A stretch of 64,000 nucleotides of DNA, from positions 726,315 to 790,314 of the forward strand of contig CP097971.1 of NCBI GenBank assembly GCA_023703615.1, read 5' to 3'. The notes beneath the pieces were generated by a model that had not been told where the DNA came from, searched no databases, and saw nothing but the letters and a program-made list of their open reading frames with translations. The position numbers were made by a program, and so were the translations under genes. This DNA is from SAR86 cluster bacterium. Lineage in GTDB: Bacteria > Pseudomonadota > Gammaproteobacteria > Magnimaribacterales > D2472. Below, piece by piece: positions 59,646-64,000 of this stretch; the first letter of the stretch is position 1, and the number at the start of each line of letters is the position of its first letter.

Positions 59646-60731
59646 ATGGATAATTTTATAAATCTTGTAAGCGATGTTTGGACTACAGGTTTTCTTGGAG
59701 TAGATCTTGGTTCAATAATAAGCTCTTTTTTTGTCATATTAATGGCAATGTTGTTCAGAGGATTCATTATCTCTGTAATTTTAAATTCTCTTCAGAAATT
59801 AGCATCTCAAACAAAATCAAGTATTGATGATGAGATTCTTGATGCTTTGAGGAAGCCTATTGGCATAATTCCTATAACGATTGCACTATATATTTGTACG
59901 TTAATCTTGCCTTTATCAGGAACATTTGGTGATATTGCCACAAACATAGTTAAAGCATTTGTTATATTCACCATTTTTAGTGCTTTAGCAAACAGTATTA
60001 AGCCAATTTTTGCAGCACTTTCTACAAGCTCATGGTTAACACCATCTATGCAAATGTGGTTAGAAAGAGCATTAAAATTTATTGTATGGGTAATAGGTTT
60101 AGCAATTATATTAGATATTTTTGGCATACAAATTGGTCCACTTGTTGCTGGACTAGGTTTATTTTCAGTTGCAGTTGCTCTAGGCGCTCAAGATTTCTTT
60201 AAAAATCTAATTGCCGGAATATTAATTATTGGTGAGCACAGATTTCAGCCTGGCGATAGAATTGAGGTTTCTGGTCAACTCCATGGAATAGTTGATAATA
60301 TTGGTTTTAGGTCTACTGTCATAAAGTCATTTGATACAGCACCAATGATTATTCCAAACAAAGATTTATCAGACGTTAAAGTTATTAATCATGGTGAAAT
60401 GGAGAATAGAAGAATTAATTGGAAAATTAATTTACTTTATTCAACATCTGTTGAGCAATTAGAAAAAATCAGAGACGAAATAAAGGAATATATTATTAAT
60501 AGCAAAGATTTTTCTTCAGATCCTGAGCTTGAACCAGTAGTAAGAGTTGTAGAACTTGGCTCAAGCTCAATTGATATGCTTATCGTTGCTTATTCTGATC
60601 CTGTGGGCTTTGTTGCTTTTAACAAAATTAAAGAGGATTTAATTTTTAATATTATGGGTATAATTAAATCTAATAACTCAGATTTTGCATACCCGTCAAC
60701 ATCACTTTATGTAGAAAGTATGCCCAAATAA
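59646..60731 (+). CDS. Mechanosensitive ion channel, MscS family
   Basis: N-terminal TM helices, then the pore helix/beta-domain signature (GLGLFSVAVALGAQDFFKNLIAGILII..FQPGDRIEV...G.V..IGFRST). Confidence 0.88.
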   Translation: MDNFINLVSDVWTTGFLGVDLGSIISSFFVILMAMLFRGFIISVILNSLQKLASQTKSSIDDEILDALRKPIGIIPITIALYICTLILPLSGTFGDIATNIVKAFVIFTIFSALANSIKPIFAALSTSSWLTPSMQMWLERALKFIVWVIGLAIILDIFGIQIGPLVAGLGLFSVAVALGAQDFFKNLIAGILIIGEHRFQPGDRIEVSGQLHGIVDNIGFRSTVIKSFDTAPMIIPNKDLSDVKVINHGEMENRRINWKINLLYSTSVEQLEKIRDEIKEYIINSKDFSSDPELEPVVRVVELGSSSIDMLIVAYSDPVGFVAFNKIKEDLIFNIMGIIKSNNSDFAYPSTSLYVESMPK

Positions 60732-60743
60732 TTAGGATTTTAT

Positions 60744-62540
60744 ATGAATGATCAGTTCATACTCTCAATATCACTAAGCAACCAATTCATACTTTCAGCA
60801 ACATTAATTATTCTTCTGGGTTTTTTTATTTGGGGAAAGTTTAGATATGATGCGGTTTCTATTGGAGCTCTTTTTGTTTTAATTGTTTTTGGAATAATAC
60901 CGGTTAATGAAGCATTTTCAGGTTTTGCACATCCTGCAGTCATTACTGTTGCGCTTGTTTTAATAATTAGTCAAGGATTAAAAAATTCAGGACTAGCTGG
61001 TTTAGTTGGTAAGATGGTTGGGTTTTCGTCATTTACACAATTTCAATTCTTATTTTATTTAATGTTCATTGCAGCATTGCTGTCTTCATTCATTAATAAT
61101 ATAGGTGCACTTGCAATATTGCTTCCCATAACACTAAATATCTGTCAAAAGATGAATTGGCACTCATCTAAATTCTTAATGCCTTTAGCCTTTGCTTGTA
61201 TTGTTGGAGGAATGAACACTGCTATTGGCACTCCACCAAATATAATCATTTCTGAATATAAAGCCGAAATTGATTCTAGTGGATTTAATTTTTTTGATTT
61301 TTCATATGTTGGAATGTTAATCACGATAATAAGCATTTTGTTTATATCAATTATTGGAAATAAATTTATTAAACTCAGAGAAGTTAAAAGTTCTGAAAAT
61401 TCATTAATTAATCTAAAAGGTTACTTATTTGAAGTTATGGTAAATAAATCAAGCTCTGCAATAGGAATGACTTTATCTGGCTTCAAAAAAGAGGCTGGGG
61501 AAGATACTGAGGTTATAGGAATAGTAACTGACAGTGGTTCTGTAAAAAAAGTTAAAAATAATCTTAGAATTAAAGAAGGCCAAATATTAGTCATCAAAAC
61601 TCCGCCTGATGAGATTAGTTCTTTATTAGAAATTTTTAATTTTTCTATACCTGAAGAGTTACATTCATTTAAAGATGAAGATTTAGAAGAGATTGAGACA
61701 ATGATTACTCCAGGATCAAGACTTATTGGAAGAAAATATGATTTCTTTTTAAAACTAGCATATGAAGAACTAAACTTGCTAGGTCTATGGAGAAAAGGTG
61801 CTAAATATAGAACTAGGCTTACAAGACAAACATTTAGAGCTGGAGATGTGTTACTAATAGGTATTAGAGATTTAGATGAAGAGGATGTAACAAACAAAAT
61901 TAAACATTTAGGTTTAATGCCTTTAAGACAAAGGGAGCTTCAAACTATTCCTAGTAGAAGTAGATTAATTAAAGGAATTTTCTTCTTTTTAATATCAATA
62001 ATTCTTGTTTCACTTGATTATTTGCCAACAGCTGCAGCATTTCTTTTTTGTGTTTTAGCATTTGCAAGAATTAAAATTATTGATAGTAATTTTTATAGAG
62101 AAATTGATTGGCCGATAATTATTATGCTTGCAGCTATGATACCAATTGGAACCTCCCTCCAAACTACTGGTTTGACAGAAATAATTTCAAATGGAATTTC
62201 GTCTTATGCATCATCAATGAGTTTATTTTGGTTGCTTTTTATCATTCTGATTGTCACCATGATAACTACAGATATTATCAATAACGCAGCAACTGCTGTA
62301 ATTATGGCTCCAATTTCTGCCAGTATTGGTATTGATTTAGGATATGCGGTAGAACCTTTTTTAATGGTTGTTGCAGTCGGAGCGAGTTGTGCATTTTTAA
62401 CTCCAATTGGTCATCAATGTAATACAGTAATAATGGGTCCTGGAAATTATAAATTTACAGATTATTGGAGGTTAGGTTTACCCCTAGATATTCTTATAAT
62501 AGTTGTATCTATACCAATGATATTATTTGTTTGGACCTGA
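60744..62540 (+). CDS. SLC13/DASS-type permease with two central TrkA-C (RCK-C) domains (YfbS-like)
   Basis: 598 aa. An N-terminal TM bundle is followed by a soluble insert of about 170 aa with two similar halves (LFEVMVNKSS..VIKTP; IETMITPGSR..LIG), then a C-terminal TM bundle ending in the conserved ..FLTPIGHQCN..GPGNY. Confidence 0.78.
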   Translation: MNDQFILSISLSNQFILSATLIILLGFFIWGKFRYDAVSIGALFVLIVFGIIPVNEAFSGFAHPAVITVALVLIISQGLKNSGLAGLVGKMVGFSSFTQFQFLFYLMFIAALLSSFINNIGALAILLPITLNICQKMNWHSSKFLMPLAFACIVGGMNTAIGTPPNIIISEYKAEIDSSGFNFFDFSYVGMLITIISILFISIIGNKFIKLREVKSSENSLINLKGYLFEVMVNKSSSAIGMTLSGFKKEAGEDTEVIGIVTDSGSVKKVKNNLRIKEGQILVIKTPPDEISSLLEIFNFSIPEELHSFKDEDLEEIETMITPGSRLIGRKYDFFLKLAYEELNLLGLWRKGAKYRTRLTRQTFRAGDVLLIGIRDLDEEDVTNKIKHLGLMPLRQRELQTIPSRSRLIKGIFFFLISIILVSLDYLPTAAAFLFCVLAFARIKIIDSNFYREIDWPIIIMLAAMIPIGTSLQTTGLTEIISNGISSYASSMSLFWLLFIILIVTMITTDIINNAATAVIMAPISASIGIDLGYAVEPFLMVVAVGASCAFLTPIGHQCNTVIMGPGNYKFTDYWRLGLPLDILIIVVSIPMILFVWT

Positions 62541-62541
62541 T

Positions 62542-63741
62542 TTAACTTCTACTTAAATTTGCAATAGCATCTATAACTTCTGGATATTTTTCATAAAATA
62601 TATCAGATTCCCCTTCAGGATCAGTTTTTGGAGTATTGACAGAAGGTCCTTCGCTGACCAAGCCAAGCTCTAATAATCTTCTTGCAGTCTTTATAGCGTT
62701 TTCTACTCCTGCCCATTTGAGTCTTTTTATTGGTCCCCATTTTTGAACATCTCCATAGTTAGGCTGAGTATATTTAGTAACTCTTGTTACAACTATATCG
62801 TTTTCTCTATCGACGAATGTAAACTGTCCAAACTTTCCACTTGTGTTAAATATTTTACTCTCACTATCATATTTTGATACCCACCAATGTAATGAGTAAT
62901 ACCTCTTGTAGTCTGTCCACCAATTAGGTGTCTCCCATACAACTTGAAAAGTTTCATTAATGAAATTCTTAGGTATTATTTGTTCACCGTTCCAATTACC
63001 ATTTCTTGCAAACAATAAGCCAAATTTTGAATAGTCTCTTGGAGACATGTCAATACAGCAGTAAGTAAGAACATTACCCATTTCATCTTTCCATAGTTTG
63101 TAGTCTGTTATGCCAATAGGTTTTAATATTCTTTCCTCTAAAAGGATATCAGCCTTTTTATTTGTTGCTACATAAAGGATATCTCCTAGAATCATTGAAT
63201 TTGCATTATTATATTCAAACTTTGTGCCTGGATCTTTTTCGTACTTAACAGATTTCGCATAGTCGAGGTGACTTTCTTGAAAAAACATTTTTTCATGCTC
63301 GTGATCTGGAAATTCAAGACCGCTAGACATATCTAGCAAATCTCTAATTGTTATATTCTTTCTTTCGTCATTAAAATAATCAAGATATTTAACAACTGGA
63401 TCATCCAAGCTTTGAATTTCACCTTTTTCAATAGATATTCCTATTAAAGCTGCGTAATAACTTTTAGCCATAGACCATGATGTGCCATGAGAAAGCATAT
63501 TGTGTGAATCTGCATATTTCTCTCCAACAATTACACCATTTTTTATAATAACTACCCCTTGAGTAGCATCATCTAAAAATGTTAAATCAATTAATTTTTT
63601 TACTTTTGAAGAGGCTATTCCTTGAGATTCGGGAGAGGCAGAGTTCCAATTTTCATCGGGAAAATAATTAGCGCCAATAAAAAAAGATATGTTTGATAAA
63701 ACAATAATAGTAAAAAAATAATTAAGTTTTGAAATATTCAT
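62542..63741 (-). CDS. Beta-lactamase-related serine hydrolase (class C / DD-peptidase fold) with a signal peptide
   Basis: SxxK motif in HGTSWSMAKSY, and a Tyr-x-Asn region (FEYNNANS). 399 aa. Confidence 0.78.
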   Translation of the reverse strand: MNISKLNYFFTIIVLSNISFFIGANYFPDENWNSASPESQGIASSKVKKLIDLTFLDDATQGVVIIKNGVIVGEKYADSHNMLSHGTSWSMAKSYYAALIGISIEKGEIQSLDDPVVKYLDYFNDERKNITIRDLLDMSSGLEFPDHEHEKMFFQESHLDYAKSVKYEKDPGTKFEYNNANSMILGDILYVATNKKADILLEERILKPIGITDYKLWKDEMGNVLTYCCIDMSPRDYSKFGLLFARNGNWNGEQIIPKNFINETFQVVWETPNWWTDYKRYYSLHWWVSKYDSESKIFNTSGKFGQFTFVDRENDIVVTRVTKYTQPNYGDVQKWGPIKRLKWAGVENAIKTARRLLELGLVSEGPSVNTPKTDPEGESDIFYEKYPEVIDAIANLSRS

Positions 63742-63775
63742 GTGTCCCCGATATATGATTATATATTATTTACGA

Positions 63776-64000
63776 TTAATAACTAATAAGTGTTTTTACA
63801 TTATAGCCTTGATTATCTATTTTTTTGCTGCCACCAAGATCAGGCAAATCAATAACTGCCAATACAAGAATATTTTCTTTTTTTACATCAAAATTTTCAA
63901 CTAGAAGCTCAGCGCAAGCAATAGCAGTGCCTCCTGTTGCTATAAGGTCATCGATAATAACAATTTTATCTTTGACAGATATTGATGTATTTTTTTGAAT
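63776..64000 (-). CDS. apt: Adenine phosphoribosyltransferase, C-terminal 74 codons (5-prime end outside the window)
   Basis: Not in the ORF track because there is no start inside the window. The reverse strand reads ..KDKIVIIDDLIATGGTAIACAELL...VIDLPDLGGSKKIDNQGYNVKTLISY*, matching the PRPP-binding loop and the Apt C-terminus. Confidence 0.85.
   Translation of the reverse strand: MQKNTSISVKDKIVIIDDLIATGGTAIACAELLVENFDVKKENILVLAVIDLPDLGGSKKIDNQGYNVKTLISY

Overview
This is a visibly AT-rich, very tightly packed chromosomal segment with gammaproteobacterial synteny: tig-clpP-clpX-lon-hupB-ppiD, rnhA-dnaQ opposite gloB-mltD, hda/purMN, and dnaX-recR. Assigning it to a streamlined marine lineage (SAR86-like) is only a guess from composition, the two large TonB-dependent receptors and the gene packing. 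I support about 60 protein-coding genes, 6 tRNAs (Ala-GGC, His-GTG, Arg-TCT, Pro-TGG, Asp-GTC, Val-TAC), 4 clear rho-independent terminators and a few regulatory candidates. I found no CRISPR array, transposase, integrase, phage gene or recognisable defence system, so most of the window is housekeeping. The accessory-looking parts are listed below.
- Bases 1-4896 hold a phosphate-stress cluster: PhoD, a PhoX-family phosphatase, an orphan secreted protein, and an overlapping GT2 / PlcP-like metallophosphoesterase pair.
- Bases 4897-5433 are an unusually long 537-bp spacer with a Pho-box-like direct repeat, a Trp-rich mini-ORF and nested hairpins.
- Bases 12358-18551 hold a TonB receptor / gamma-glutamyltransferase / secreted AbgB-like amidohydrolase neighbourhood.
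- Two core genes, htpG and purN, lack their 5-prime ends and abut the stop codon of the upstream gene.
- An A10 run sits at the domain III/IV boundary of dnaX.
- ibpA is preceded by a ROSE-like RNA thermometer.
I cannot point to a convincing, entirely new multi-gene system. All family calls come from motif recognition by eye, without any database search.
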